In this document: one piece after another, positions 1 through 9,044 of the stretch
Position numbering within the stretch: the first letter of the stretch is position 1
Layout: each line of letters starts with the position of its first letter
Virus record (IMG/VR): IMGVR_UViG_3300030372_003609
Coordinates: 1-25,618 of that record
Source of the DNA: a virus
Taxonomy: Duplodnaviria; Caudoviricetes
Strand: one strand, 5' to 3'
DNA: 25,618 nucleotides
Translations under genes and position numbers: made by a program
Notes under the pieces: generated by a model
The model's database searches: none
Told to the model about the DNA's origin: nothing
The model's input: the letters and a program-made list of their open reading frames with translations, nothing else

Positions 1-2
1 AT

Positions 3-1133
3 GAATTATTAAAAACTGAAGAGGATGACCCTCCTGATTCTGTTCCCTTTGCTTTACCTGATGGAGAAAATAATGCAGGGACTGGCGGCAATTACACTGT
101 TCTTTTATTTAAATTTTCTAATGGTGAAATACTTAGAAATCATTACAGCACTGATGACGAAGGTGCGGCTGATCCGAGATCGGTAAAACATTTTGGTGGT
201 GTTGAAGGGCACAGGGGGCCGTTGTTTTGGTCGTGTGGGTACAATAGATTGAAAAATGTTGGGACTGGGGACGGAAAAATATATAAAGACTACACTATAG
301 CTAGCGACTCTAAAAATTTAAGGACTCTAAAAGAGGCAGATAACATTACAATTAGAGGCAACAGTTTAAACCAAGAGTGGACCACGACCGCCGCTTCTGG
401 TGTGTCTGGTTATTCAGATAGCAGGATAGCCGTAGTTCAAGATGGATTAATAAAAGAAAAAACAAATTTAGAAGTTGTTGAAGTAGCAACTTCCACTTCT
501 TCTGGTACTACGGTAAACACTGTAGACTCAGCCCCTACTATAAATACAACCGTCGATACTTTAACAACGACCCAAATTACTCCGCCAAGTGGTACAGGTA
601 TGTCTTTAAGTACAAAGACTTACACGGTTAGGGAGCTATCAACTGAGGTGTTACAACAACAAGCGGATGCGTGGAAAGGGGGCTCAGATATAGACCTTGT
701 TTACCATGAAGTTGAGAATACTTCAGGCACTAATGTCTGGGTTATTGGGGTAGCGAGCACACCTGCGGACACATCTGTTACGTTAACGGCTATTGTAGGA
801 GCCTCTAAGTACACCGGAGTTAAAAACTTATCTGCTTCAAGTGTGTCTTTATATAAATCCCACGCTTCTGGGAACCATAAGTATTTAGAATCTGCTGATT
901 CAGATGCCTCTACTAATAACGTGTATGTATCTTCCGCCACAACAGCGAGGACTTTTATTACCACTACTGGAACTCCTATTCATGTTTATTCAGAATCGGG
1001 TTCCACGACATCTAAATTTTTGAAGACTACTCTAACTGACGGAGCTTCAACTACTCTAGTTACCGCTGTAAATACCACAGCTTCAACTGTCCAAACAATT
1101 GACGGATCTGCCAAAGTGCTAAAGGCTCCTTAG
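3..1133 (+). CDS. Thr/Ser-rich virion structural protein (tail fibre/appendage-like), 5' truncated
   Basis: The frame is open from position 3 (ELLKTEEDDPP...) through the track's TTG at 222 to TAG at 1131-1133, so the gene starts left of the window. Very Thr/Ser/Val-rich, beta-strand-like, next to structural and lysis genes. Confidence 0.55.
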   Translation, partial: ELLKTEEDDPPDSVPFALPDGENNAGTGGNYTVLLFKFSNGEILRNHYSTDDEGAADPRSVKHFGGVEGHRGPLFWSCGYNRLKNVGTGDGKIYKDYTIASDSKNLRTLKEADNITIRGNSLNQEWTTTAASGVSGYSDSRIAVVQDGLIKEKTNLEVVEVATSTSSGTTVNTVDSAPTINTTVDTLTTTQITPPSGTGMSLSTKTYTVRELSTEVLQQQADAWKGGSDIDLVYHEVENTSGTNVWVIGVASTPADTSVTLTAIVGASKYTGVKNLSASSVSLYKSHASGNHKYLESADSDASTNNVYVSSATTARTFITTTGTPIHVYSESGSTTSKFLKTTLTDGASTTLVTAVNTTASTVQTIDGSAKVLKAP

Positions 1134-1167
1134 TTGACCTAACACTGTTTCAAGCTTACATTGTAGC
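1134..1167 (+). promoter_or_regulatory. sigma70-like promoter, likely leaderless transcript
   Basis: TTGACC (1134-1139), 17 nt spacer, TACATT (1157-1162), 5 nt, then ATG at 1168. No Shine-Dalgarno. Confidence 0.6.
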
Positions 1168-2124
1168 ATGGCTACATTGACTGTTGCGGGAGTTGAAGAT
1201 GTTTTATCTGATTATAAATCAGCAGGAGGTTCTTTTATAAAAGAACTTAATCTTGTTATGCCCCGCTTGTTTTCTATGGGTATGTGGAGGGATTTAGTTT
1301 ATGAAACTACTATATCCACTACCGACGGAAATTTTACTCTGCCTGAAGATGCGGAGTCTGTTATTTCAGTTTTAATTGATAATGACCCCGCTAAAGCAAG
1401 GTCAATGTTCCATGATTACAGATTAACAGGCAGGAACAATGATGGAACAACTTTAGCTACATATGGAATAGTCGATGACGGTTTTGTCCCAACAATAAAT
1501 GAACTTGAGTCCAGTAAAACGTACTCAGTATGCGCTAAACCTATAAGTCCAAAGACCACGCTACCTGACAATATGGGGGCAACTATAACTGTAACAGGAC
1601 TAGATAACTCGTCCACTCCTGTAGTTAAATCTGAAACGCTAACTATGACGGGGCAGACGGTGATAACATCATCGACCACGTTTACAACTATATCTGAGAT
1701 TCGCAACGGGGATAGTGTTCTTCCTGACCCTGTAAAGATTCTGGCTAAGAATACGACAGATGCGACGGACACTTTAGACTTGGCGGACGTTCAACAATCA
1801 AATCATATAAACAGATTTCGTAGGTATAGAGTGGGGAATGATTTAGATGGAACTAAAATAACACTCAGGGTTCTTGTAAAGAGAAGATTTAATAAACTAC
1901 TTAACTACACCGACCCAGTTTATCCAAGTAATTTAAACGCAATTAAAAATGCTCTTTTAGGAAACATCGCTGAAGATAACGCTGATCTTGAAAGAGCTTC
2001 TTATCATTGGGGGTTGTGCCAACAACTTCTCGAATCTGAGCTGGACGCATATAGGGGGGCGGCAAAACCTACAATTAATTTTGATCCATCTGGATCTGGG
2101 TCACGAGTACCAAATTTACTTTAA
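1168..2124 (+). CDS. Probable tail tubular/head-tail adaptor protein
   Basis: 318 aa. Helical N-terminus, 'FTLPEDAESVISV' motif, beta-rich middle and helical C-terminus (AIKNALLG...LLESEL), an architecture like podoviral adaptor proteins. Function inferred. Confidence 0.5.
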   Translation: MATLTVAGVEDVLSDYKSAGGSFIKELNLVMPRLFSMGMWRDLVYETTISTTDGNFTLPEDAESVISVLIDNDPAKARSMFHDYRLTGRNNDGTTLATYGIVDDGFVPTINELESSKTYSVCAKPISPKTTLPDNMGATITVTGLDNSSTPVVKSETLTMTGQTVITSSTTFTTISEIRNGDSVLPDPVKILAKNTTDATDTLDLADVQQSNHINRFRRYRVGNDLDGTKITLRVLVKRRFNKLLNYTDPVYPSNLNAIKNALLGNIAEDNADLERASYHWGLCQQLLESELDAYRGAAKPTINFDPSGSGSRVPNLL

Positions 2125-2136
2125 CTTTAAAAAAAC

Positions 2137-2316
2137 ATGATTGAATTTATTACAACAAATCACGAACAGCTTTTAACAATTGTTGCTGGAGTTGTTGCGG
2201 TAGCATCTGCTATATGCGCTCTGACTCCAACGCCAAAAGATGACGGGGTTGTGAGAAAGATATACGCTCTCGTTGAGTGGATGGCTCTCAATGTAGGAAA
2301 AGCAAAAGACAAGTGA
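2137..2316 (+). CDS. Holin-like small membrane protein (59 aa), not in ORF track
   Basis: MIEFITTNHEQLLTIVAGVVAVASAICALTPTPKDDGVVRKIYALVEWMALNVGKAKDK: one clear TM helix followed by TPTPKDD...ALNVGKAK, a motif I recognise from small phage lysis-region membrane proteins. Confidence 0.75.
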   Translation: MIEFITTNHEQLLTIVAGVVAVASAICALTPTPKDDGVVRKIYALVEWMALNVGKAKDK

Positions 2317-2504
2317 AGATATTCCGTTTACTCGGCTCTGCTTTAGAAGCTCTTGTTCTATATCTGCAATATCGACGAAACAAATATATAGATGAAATTG
2401 AGGATGAAATTGATAGTCTTGCCCGTAATGGTTCTGCTTCTGCAAAGTTGCGTATCGAAAGACTGGGCCAACGACTCAAGCGTGAACGAGAGCGCACTAT
2501 ATGA
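2313..2504 (+). CDS. Putative inner-membrane spanin (Rz-like)
   Basis: GTG at 2313 overlaps the holin stop (GTGA). N-terminal hydrophobic stretch (IFRLLGSALEALVLYL) then a charged helical segment. Overlapped by a lipoprotein gene in another frame. Confidence 0.55.
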   Translation: MKIFRLLGSALEALVLYLQYRRNKYIDEIEDEIDSLARNGSASAKLRIERLGQRLKRERERTI

Positions 2505-2634
2505 CCCCCCAACAGTGACTTTAATAGAAGGTCTTGATTATCAATTCAAAGAAGGAATTCTGAAGGGGCGGAAAAATCATAAGTATCACAGCAACTACTC
2601 TTATTTAAGAGCTATAACCATAGGTAGCAAATGA
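2404..2634 (+). CDS. Putative outer-membrane spanin lipoprotein (Rz1-like)
   Basis: MKLIVLPVMVLLLQS-C is a signal peptide II with a lipobox. Starts inside the Rz-like gene in a different frame (alternative ATG at 2392). Confidence 0.65.
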   Translation: MKLIVLPVMVLLLQSCVSKDWANDSSVNESALYDPPTVTLIEGLDYQFKEGILKGRKNHKYHSNYSYLRAITIGSK

Positions 2635-2804
2635 ACTCTTCAAAAGTATTGGATACTTTATTAGGTACAATAACTCCCACGTTAGCGGTGGCGGCGTCTT
2701 TTCAAGAGCAGTTAGAATATTGGCTACGCATATCCTCTTTAATTTTAGGTATACTGGTAGCTTCGGTTTCTTTATACAGGTTATTATTTAAGTACAAAAA
2801 ATGA
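2631..2804 (+). CDS. Second holin-like membrane protein (57 aa), not in ORF track
   Basis: MNSSKVLDTLLGTITPTLAVAASFQEQLEYWLRISSLILGILVASVSLYRLLFKYKK: 1-2 TM segments and a basic C-terminus. ATGA overlaps with both neighbours, directly before the endolysin. Confidence 0.7.
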   Translation: MNSSKVLDTLLGTITPTLAVAASFQEQLEYWLRISSLILGILVASVSLYRLLFKYKK

Positions 2805-3346
2805 TAGGAATATGCATAGGCCACAGTAGGCGGGGCGACAAAGGGGCATACACCACACCCCCCGATTCTATAAGTGAATATGATTTTAATAAAGCTCTAG
2901 TTCCTCTTATAGTTCCTTATTTAGAAGTTCCTTATAGAGTGTACGACGATTATCAGGCTTCAAGTTATGTGGGGGCTGTAAACTTTATATCTAGAAAATT
3001 AAAAGAGGACGGAGCAACCGCTTGTGTTGAGTTGCATTTTAATGCGGCAAGCCCTTCTGCCAATGGGCATGAGTGGCTTTATTGGGAGACAAGCACGGGA
3101 GGAAAACGGCTAGCTAAATCTTTTAAAGATACTATGGATACAGAGTACCCTGAACTTGTGTCAAGGGGGGCTAAAAGCAGGACGCATCGGCAGAGAGGTA
3201 GTTTGTTTTTAAGAAAGACTCCATGCTACGCCTGTATTGCGGAACCTTTCTTCGGATCAAATAGCACTGATGTAGGCGTAATCATGTCCGATTTAAGTCG
3301 ATTAGCCAGCGTGTATGCCGAGGGTATAAATAAATTTTATGCGTAA
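2801..3346 (+). CDS. Endolysin, N-acetylmuramoyl-L-alanine amidase (Amidase_3)
   Basis: Zn ligand motifs ICIGH...SEYDFN...ELHFNA and catalytic IAEPFF. Catalytic domain only. Confidence 0.9.
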   Translation: MIGICIGHSRRGDKGAYTTPPDSISEYDFNKALVPLIVPYLEVPYRVYDDYQASSYVGAVNFISRKLKEDGATACVELHFNAASPSANGHEWLYWETSTGGKRLAKSFKDTMDTEYPELVSRGAKSRTHRQRGSLFLRKTPCYACIAEPFFGSNSTDVGVIMSDLSRLASVYAEGINKFYA

Positions 3347-3639
3347 TGGACCTACCAAAAACAATTCGCATAGCTGGACAGAGGGTTCGGATATGCATTG
3401 TCGATTTAAGCGACGAGGATGTTTTTGGTTATTATAGCCACGACCGTAAAATAATATTCCTCTCCCATATTTTAGACGAGAAGGATCTTTTGAGCACACT
3501 CAGGCATGAGTTAATGGAGGCTAGTTTATGTATATCTGGTGTTGGCTTCTGTGAATCTTTTGAGCAGGAAGCTGTTGTACGATGTATGGACGAAGTTTTC
3601 TTTCCTGCTTACGAGCGGCTCTTAAAATTAATTGCGTAG
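3346..3639 (+). CDS. Small zincin-like phage protein with degenerate metal motif (HELME)
   Basis: 'GYY...IIFL...STLRHELMEA...EQEAVV' matches the minimal phage HExxH family layout, but the second His is Glu. Confidence 0.55.
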   Translation: MDLPKTIRIAGQRVRICIVDLSDEDVFGYYSHDRKIIFLSHILDEKDLLSTLRHELMEASLCISGVGFCESFEQEAVVRCMDEVFFPAYERLLKLIA

Positions 3640-3642
3640 CGC

Positions 3643-4167
3643 ATGGACCCCCCATCCCCCCAATTTAAAAAAGACAAAAAGATGATTGTCTTTTATCCGA
3701 ACTCGGACAATATAAAAGAAGCCTTTGAGCGCACACAAAAGCTGGGGGTTCTCCCTAACTCATTTACAAAAGGTAGGGGGAGGATGACTGGGTTTCTCGG
3801 AGAAGTTGCTTTTGAATTATTATACCCCGACTCTGAATACGTGGGAGACACTTGTTATACTTATGACTACACAATGGGGAGGAGGAAAATAGATGTTAAA
3901 TCAAAGGCTTGTATGGGTAAACCTTTACCTCATTACACAGCATCCGTTAACACTAAAGATAAAAAACTTAATGCCACTACTTACTTTTTTGTGCGAGTCC
4001 GAAAAGATCTAACCAGAGTATGGTTACTGGGCTGGGCGTCTAAGCAAAAAATGCAAACCAAAGCCGACTATAAAAAGCGGGGGGAAAAAGATGAGTTCGG
4101 ATTTACTTACAAAGTAGATGGATATCATTTACCTATCCAGCATCTTCGCCGACCTGATTCTCTTTAG
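3643..4167 (+). CDS. PD-(D/E)xK restriction-endonuclease-fold protein
   Basis: GFLGEVAF...YDY...IDVKSK catalytic-type spacing. The 3' end overlaps the convergent primase-helicase gene by 35 bp. Confidence 0.6.
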   Translation: MDPPSPQFKKDKKMIVFYPNSDNIKEAFERTQKLGVLPNSFTKGRGRMTGFLGEVAFELLYPDSEYVGDTCYTYDYTMGRRKIDVKSKACMGKPLPHYTASVNTKDKKLNATTYFFVRVRKDLTRVWLLGWASKQKMQTKADYKKRGEKDEFGFTYKVDGYHLPIQHLRRPDSL

Positions 4168-6313
4168 TTCGAGCTCCTCCTATGTCATATTTTTCACTGA
4201 CATCTATAATCAATATTTTACCCCCGCCAGTCCCTTCTGATTTCACAGGCCGAATACTCTTACTGGTTTTACACAATTCTTCAATGTACGTAACATCTCT
4301 CCGTAGTGCGTCGAGGTTACCTCCGATTGCCCCTCCCACAAAGGTTTTAATCATTACCTGAAGTTCAATAAAAGTACCACGCCACTCCTTTTTTTCTGGC
4401 GCATTTTCCCTAAACCCTTTTGAAAAGAGGTCTAGAATTTCGGCGGCCCTTGCTCTGGATGAGCTGTCATAAGCGGCGGCTGACAAAGTAGGGTCAATGA
4501 AGCTAGTAACACCAAACCTATCATCTCCCTTAATTTCGTCTGGTATACCAAAGTCTTTTAGAAAGGCCAAATAGTAAGGAAGCTCTTTTTTTATTGTTGC
4601 CTCAAGGGATTTCTTATTTGGAAATTCAAAAGGTTTATCTGTTATTCTAAAAGCGATGATCTTATCACGATTACTAGAATCCAAGTTAGGAATAACGGAC
4701 ATACTATTTGGGTCGTCGTTCAAACTTATAATTGCCCGCCCTGCCCAAGGGAGAGACAACTGATCACCATACTTAGGCATAAGATCCATCCTAGGGTTAG
4801 CAGTAGATCGTTTAAGCATTTCAGTGAGCTTTCTTTGTTCTACTGGATTTGCGGCACTCGTAGTGTCATCAATAACCCAGCAAGCAACTCTACCCATTTC
4901 TTTGTTAAACTTTGTTTGTCCTGATAAGTAGTCACTTCCGTCGGCATATCCCCCCACAGTCGGAGCTATCACTTTTGTTGATAGTAATGTTTTACCTCGT
5001 TTCGACGGCCCACATAGAACCAGAGTTTGCCCTTGATCTAGCCTTGAGTTCAATATCGCTTCGTAAAATCTTTTATGCCACGCCCAAAAAGTAAACACGG
5101 CTGGCAAACTTGATTCAGGGCTGTCTACAAACATATGAGTCATTAGCTTGTATAGGAAAGGCCAATTTTTTATATCCCCACTATCAGCCGCTTCAATAGG
5201 TTGTATGTTTGTTGTGTTTAATATTTTCTGCCCGTTCCATTCTATGACCCTTTCATCTTTCTTAAATACGACGGGAGCCATTTCAGCAACTCTATTCTTT
5301 TGGCTTATAACTAAAATAGCGTCCTCAACTTCTGATAAGTGTTCTCCTTTCTTCGCTCCTTTAAACCTAAAACCTCTTTTCCTCAACTCCAATACTAATT
5401 GGTCTCTTGGAATCATTTGAGGGAAACCGTCAATAAGAGCGTAGAAATGCTTCCCATTAAACCAATACTGGTCCAAAAGATCCCCCATCTTTTGTTGCTC
5501 AAATTCTTCAACAAACTTAGTTCCGAATACATCCCTCCACGACATCCATCCTTTCGACCTGTCCGAAAAAACCAGCATCCCGTCTTCAAAAACCTGACAC
5601 CCTTCCCTATCAATACCATCGTTTATCCAAAACAGCGGCCCCCTAGCCCCAACTTCAAATTCACCAATCCATCTATTAGGAAATCTTTTTTCTACTTCTT
5701 TACCCACGATTTCTATAGGTATAGAAGTATCCTTTGTTTTTGGGGTGTGCTTTTGAGCCGCCTTTATTAGGGCTGTCTGAACTATAGCATTAGGGACAAC
5801 CCCGCCCAGATCCACAATGTCTTCACCAAGAGCAAAATATTGAGAGGCACTTTCAGATTTAGAATCATACCCTGCAAATATTTTATCAAATCCTAGCACC
5901 CTCTTTAGCTCTTTAATAAAATAAGGGTATATTTCAGGGGCCACGGATACAGGAGTTTCGTAAACAAAACCAAGTCTAATGTACCCGCTGTATGTCTTAG
6001 CTCGCCATGCGGGTAAAGCTTTAGGGCATTTAGCTAAAATAATATCATCAACAGTCCCCCAGTCGATTGGGGCATCACAGTCTATTATTATTCCAGAAGC
6101 TTTATATATTTTGTTTTCAGAGTCTATTCTTCTGTTTGGGTTCAGTCCTTCGCAACAGCTTATAAAGTAGTTGTCTGTTTTCTTGTCAGCACACCATGCC
6201 CTGAAGTCTGCTTTGTCTCTAAACTTAGGGACATTTTTTTGGGGTAGTGAAAAAATATCATCAAACCCTTTTGCTTCTTCTGCTCGTAAGTTTTTTAAAT
6301 ATCGGTACTTCAT
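4133..6313 (-). CDS. Primase-helicase (AEP-like N-terminus, SF3/DUF5906-like P-loop NTPase)
   Basis: IIIDCD and KTYSGYIRL in the N-terminus. Walker A GPSKRGKT, Walker B VIDD, sensor ISLN. Coupled to polA. Confidence 0.75.
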   Translation of the reverse strand: MKYRYLKNLRAEEAKGFDDIFSLPQKNVPKFRDKADFRAWCADKKTDNYFISCCEGLNPNRRIDSENKIYKASGIIIDCDAPIDWGTVDDIILAKCPKALPAWRAKTYSGYIRLGFVYETPVSVAPEIYPYFIKELKRVLGFDKIFAGYDSKSESASQYFALGEDIVDLGGVVPNAIVQTALIKAAQKHTPKTKDTSIPIEIVGKEVEKRFPNRWIGEFEVGARGPLFWINDGIDREGCQVFEDGMLVFSDRSKGWMSWRDVFGTKFVEEFEQQKMGDLLDQYWFNGKHFYALIDGFPQMIPRDQLVLELRKRGFRFKGAKKGEHLSEVEDAILVISQKNRVAEMAPVVFKKDERVIEWNGQKILNTTNIQPIEAADSGDIKNWPFLYKLMTHMFVDSPESSLPAVFTFWAWHKRFYEAILNSRLDQGQTLVLCGPSKRGKTLLSTKVIAPTVGGYADGSDYLSGQTKFNKEMGRVACWVIDDTTSAANPVEQRKLTEMLKRSTANPRMDLMPKYGDQLSLPWAGRAIISLNDDPNSMSVIPNLDSSNRDKIIAFRITDKPFEFPNKKSLEATIKKELPYYLAFLKDFGIPDEIKGDDRFGVTSFIDPTLSAAAYDSSSRARAAEILDLFSKGFRENAPEKKEWRGTFIELQVMIKTFVGGAIGGNLDALRRDVTYIEELCKTSKSIRPVKSEGTGGGKILIIDVSEKYDIGGARTKENQVGEDAG

Positions 6314-8076
6314 TTTTCGTATCTAGTTAGTATTTCTCCTTCAGCTTGTAGAGGTATGTCGGGGATCCATTCTGGGGGTTTAGACATTATATTAACTATA
6401 TTTTTATATGCCTCTTCTGCCTTGTCTTCATCTTCTTCTATAACCACTTCATCATGTACGTGGAAAATTATTTTATGCCCCTTTTTGTTAAGCCTCACCA
6501 TCATCTCAGAAAATATATCACGGGCAAGAGCTTGAGATAAGTTCTCAGCCACAAGACCGCCCCACAAACGGACAGGAAGTTTTTTCCCATTCTTTGGGAT
6601 CGCCGCAATATAATCATTAAATGAACTTCTTACTCCCGCAACTTTCTTAATCCTCCCGTAATTTATATCCCTACCACTTGGAAGGGGGTATACTAAATCT
6701 ACTTTAGCTAAGTGAACTTTTTTAATTTTATCATTTAGTCTATGCCAGTACCCTTTTATCTTTGGCATATAGTGTCTGTATCTCCCTATACCTTCTCTTG
6801 CTTGATCTACACTAAAGCCAGTCATACTTGCAAACCTATCTACTCCTACGCCGTAGCCACACCCTAAAACTAAAGCTTTAACTGTATGCCTAAGTTTAGG
6901 ATCTTCCTTTTTAAGTAGCCCTTTCTCTCTACCCCACATCTTAAATCGAATAGCAAAAGCTTCATATATGTCATCAGTGTTCGCAATCTCAGCTAACATA
7001 TTTTTATCTTCCGCCAACCAACATAAAGTTCTAACTTCGATTTGAGATAAGTCTACAACGATTAGTTTTCTGCCTTCTTTAGGAGCAATCAAATGTCTTA
7101 GGTTTGCTCCGAACATTTCTTCACGAGGTAAGTTCTGTAAATTCAAATTACCTCCCGACCCACTGAATCTTCCAGTGTGTGCTCCAAAATACATGATGCC
7201 CCCATAGAATCTAGAGTCTGGCATAGTTGCGTAATCAAAAGACTCAAGTTTCTTTTTAATGGCATTTATCCTTCTCCAGTCTCTAACTGATGTGATCCAT
7301 TTATGCTTTTCACTATGGTAGTCAATCCACTCTTGTGCTTTTTCATCTGTAGCCGCAAGGCTCGCAGGGGGCTCCAAGCCTACGAGCCGACATTGGTTAT
7401 CGAATGCCGCCCGACTCAATAAAGGTTTTTCTTCCACCCACGGAATATTTTGTTCCGCTTCAAATAACTTTAATTTTATATTCTCTAATTGAATCTTTAA
7501 AAGACTCTGATCTATAGGAATCCCTCCCTGAACTATTTTCCTGTTTAAATTACTTATTTCTTTTTCTGAGTCAGGCCACTGAACACTATACTTTTCCCAT
7601 AGGTCTAAGCACAACTCACTGTCTTTTAGTGCATACTCACTAACCTCTTCTTTAAATTCGTCGGTCATGTTATTCCATTTTTTGCCCGACATATTATCTC
7701 TTGTAGATTTGTCTACGGTTAAACCGAAAGCTTCTGCGGTTGCGTTCTTTAAAGACCTTGGAAGTCTACAATAAGCGGCCATGTCCGCTGTACAATACCA
7801 CGCTTTGACTTTGTAATAATCCCACCACCCCCGCTCGATTCCAAACAGGTACAAAGTCTCATCAAAAGATGCATTGTGACTAAGGACAATTGAGTCCTCT
7901 ATAAGAGACCAATCAAACTCTTTGGGGTGTCCTACAAATTTGTACCCGTTATCCCCGACAACTGAAACCATGTATGCTTCAAAATTAGGGTGACTAAAAT
8001 ACCCTAATGGACCTAAAGTTTTAATACTACATTCCTTGTCGTAATAAGTTTCAAAGTCGAGTGCGTAAGTAACCAT
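6310..8076 (-). CDS. polA: DNA polymerase family A with 3'-5' exonuclease
   Basis: Exo I LDFETY, Exo II HNASFD, Exo III YALKD, TGRFS, NLQNLP, motif A DLSQIEVR, motif B KALVLGCGYG, motif C HVHDEV. Confidence 0.95.
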   Translation of the reverse strand: MVTYALDFETYYDKECSIKTLGPLGYFSHPNFEAYMVSVVGDNGYKFVGHPKEFDWSLIEDSIVLSHNASFDETLYLFGIERGWWDYYKVKAWYCTADMAAYCRLPRSLKNATAEAFGLTVDKSTRDNMSGKKWNNMTDEFKEEVSEYALKDSELCLDLWEKYSVQWPDSEKEISNLNRKIVQGGIPIDQSLLKIQLENIKLKLFEAEQNIPWVEEKPLLSRAAFDNQCRLVGLEPPASLAATDEKAQEWIDYHSEKHKWITSVRDWRRINAIKKKLESFDYATMPDSRFYGGIMYFGAHTGRFSGSGGNLNLQNLPREEMFGANLRHLIAPKEGRKLIVVDLSQIEVRTLCWLAEDKNMLAEIANTDDIYEAFAIRFKMWGREKGLLKKEDPKLRHTVKALVLGCGYGVGVDRFASMTGFSVDQAREGIGRYRHYMPKIKGYWHRLNDKIKKVHLAKVDLVYPLPSGRDINYGRIKKVAGVRSSFNDYIAAIPKNGKKLPVRLWGGLVAENLSQALARDIFSEMMVRLNKKGHKIIFHVHDEVVIEEDEDKAEEAYKNIVNIMSKPPEWIPDIPLQAEGEILTRYEK

Positions 8077-8083
8077 AAAATTA

Positions 8084-8164
8084 TTGGGAGCTTTTATGCG
8101 ATTACTCCCAAGGCGATGATAGTTAACCAGCCCCCACCAAACATAGTGGCCGCCGCAATGCCTA
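8084..8164 (-). ncRNA. Candidate structured cis-regulatory RNA upstream of polA
   Basis: Stems AGGC/GCCU, CCACUA/UGGUGG and UUGGGAG/CUCCCAA, plus a possible 5-bp pseudoknot UGCGG/UCGCA. Ends 7 nt before the polA AUG. Family not recognised. Confidence 0.45.
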
Positions 8165-8174
8165 ATTTCCCAGA

Positions 8175-8357
8175 CTATATTTCTATTTCTGTCTGTACAA
8201 TTATTTGTTTAAGCTGTGATTCCAAAGACTCCTTAATTACTTTAGTAGCCTCCAGATCTAATTTTGAGTTCTCAATAGCGTCGGCCATTTTTTCAATGGC
8301 AGTAGTGAGATTCTCAATTTCCCTTTCTAGAATAGTTGCTTGATTTAAACCACTCAT
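8175..8357 (-). CDS. Small coiled-coil hypothetical protein
   Basis: 60 aa with a heptad pattern. ATGA-type overlap with the upstream SSB-like gene. Confidence 0.65.
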   Translation of the reverse strand: MSGLNQATILEREIENLTTAIEKMADAIENSKLDLEATKVIKESLESQLKQIIVQTEIEI

Positions 8358-9013
8358 GACACAAACCCTTTAATAAATTCAGCCACAGCTTTGCTAGGCT
8401 CTTCATTTGTTATTGTAAGTGACGGAGCAAACCAAGTATATTTACCACGGCTTATAGACGAAGACTGGAAATTCCAAACCCTTGTGTGGATTGGAGTCTT
8501 CTTATTAAACACGGAGAATGTCGCCAGCCTTTTAAAGGTCTGCCTATATGCGTCTTTAGCCACATTAATGCGACCCATTGCATAATTACTATCTCCGATA
8601 GGGAAAGGGAATGTTTCCACATCATCCCCACCTTGGAATAGCAGAGTTATTTCAGCAAACTCAAGGATCGGGTGATCACTTGCCATCGCCAGTTCATGTT
8701 TTTGTTCCGTCGTATTAGCAATACTAGGAACCTCATCCGAGTCAAATGGGATGTCCTCTCTCCATGCTTTGACAGCCATGAGAGGAATCACCTTGATTGG
8801 CTCTTCCGCTTCAGCGAGTACAATCCTTTTATCCAAAGCTATCGAGCCATATGGTAATGGCTTGCCTTCAGAGTCAGTCATGTCACTTGTTTTTTGAACT
8901 ACATTAACTCTAGGGATATCAATATCCGTAGATTCTAATGTTGATGACAAATCGCTTTGTGGGGCGATTGTCGCTGTTGGAACTTCTGCGAGTTCTGCTT
9001 TTTCTTTGCTCAT
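8354..9013 (-). CDS. Putative single-stranded DNA-binding protein
   Basis: 'DIDIPRVNVVQ' N-terminal motif and aromatic C-terminal strand (KYTWFAP). Lies between the exonuclease and polA, where SSB usually sits in such modules. Confidence 0.5.
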   Translation of the reverse strand: MSKEKAELAEVPTATIAPQSDLSSTLESTDIDIPRVNVVQKTSDMTDSEGKPLPYGSIALDKRIVLAEAEEPIKVIPLMAVKAWREDIPFDSDEVPSIANTTEQKHELAMASDHPILEFAEITLLFQGGDDVETFPFPIGDSNYAMGRINVAKDAYRQTFKRLATFSVFNKKTPIHTRVWNFQSSSISRGKYTWFAPSLTITNEEPSKAVAEFIKGFVS

Positions 9014-9023
9014 ATTTCTATGC

Positions 9024-9044
9024 TTCTTGTTTCTTGTTTCTTGT
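9024..9044. repeat. Tandem 7-mer x3 (TTCTTGT; ACAAGAA on the coding strand)
   Basis: Three exact copies in the 36-nt gap upstream of the SSB-like gene. Confidence 0.85.

Noticed and set aside
222-224. TTG start at 222 for the first gene
   Set aside because: The frame is open back to the window edge, so the real start lies upstream.
2277-2312. ATG 2277 start for the Rz-like ORF
   Set aside because: Lies inside the holin gene and adds a basic, non-membrane leader. GTG 2313 gives stop/start coupling.
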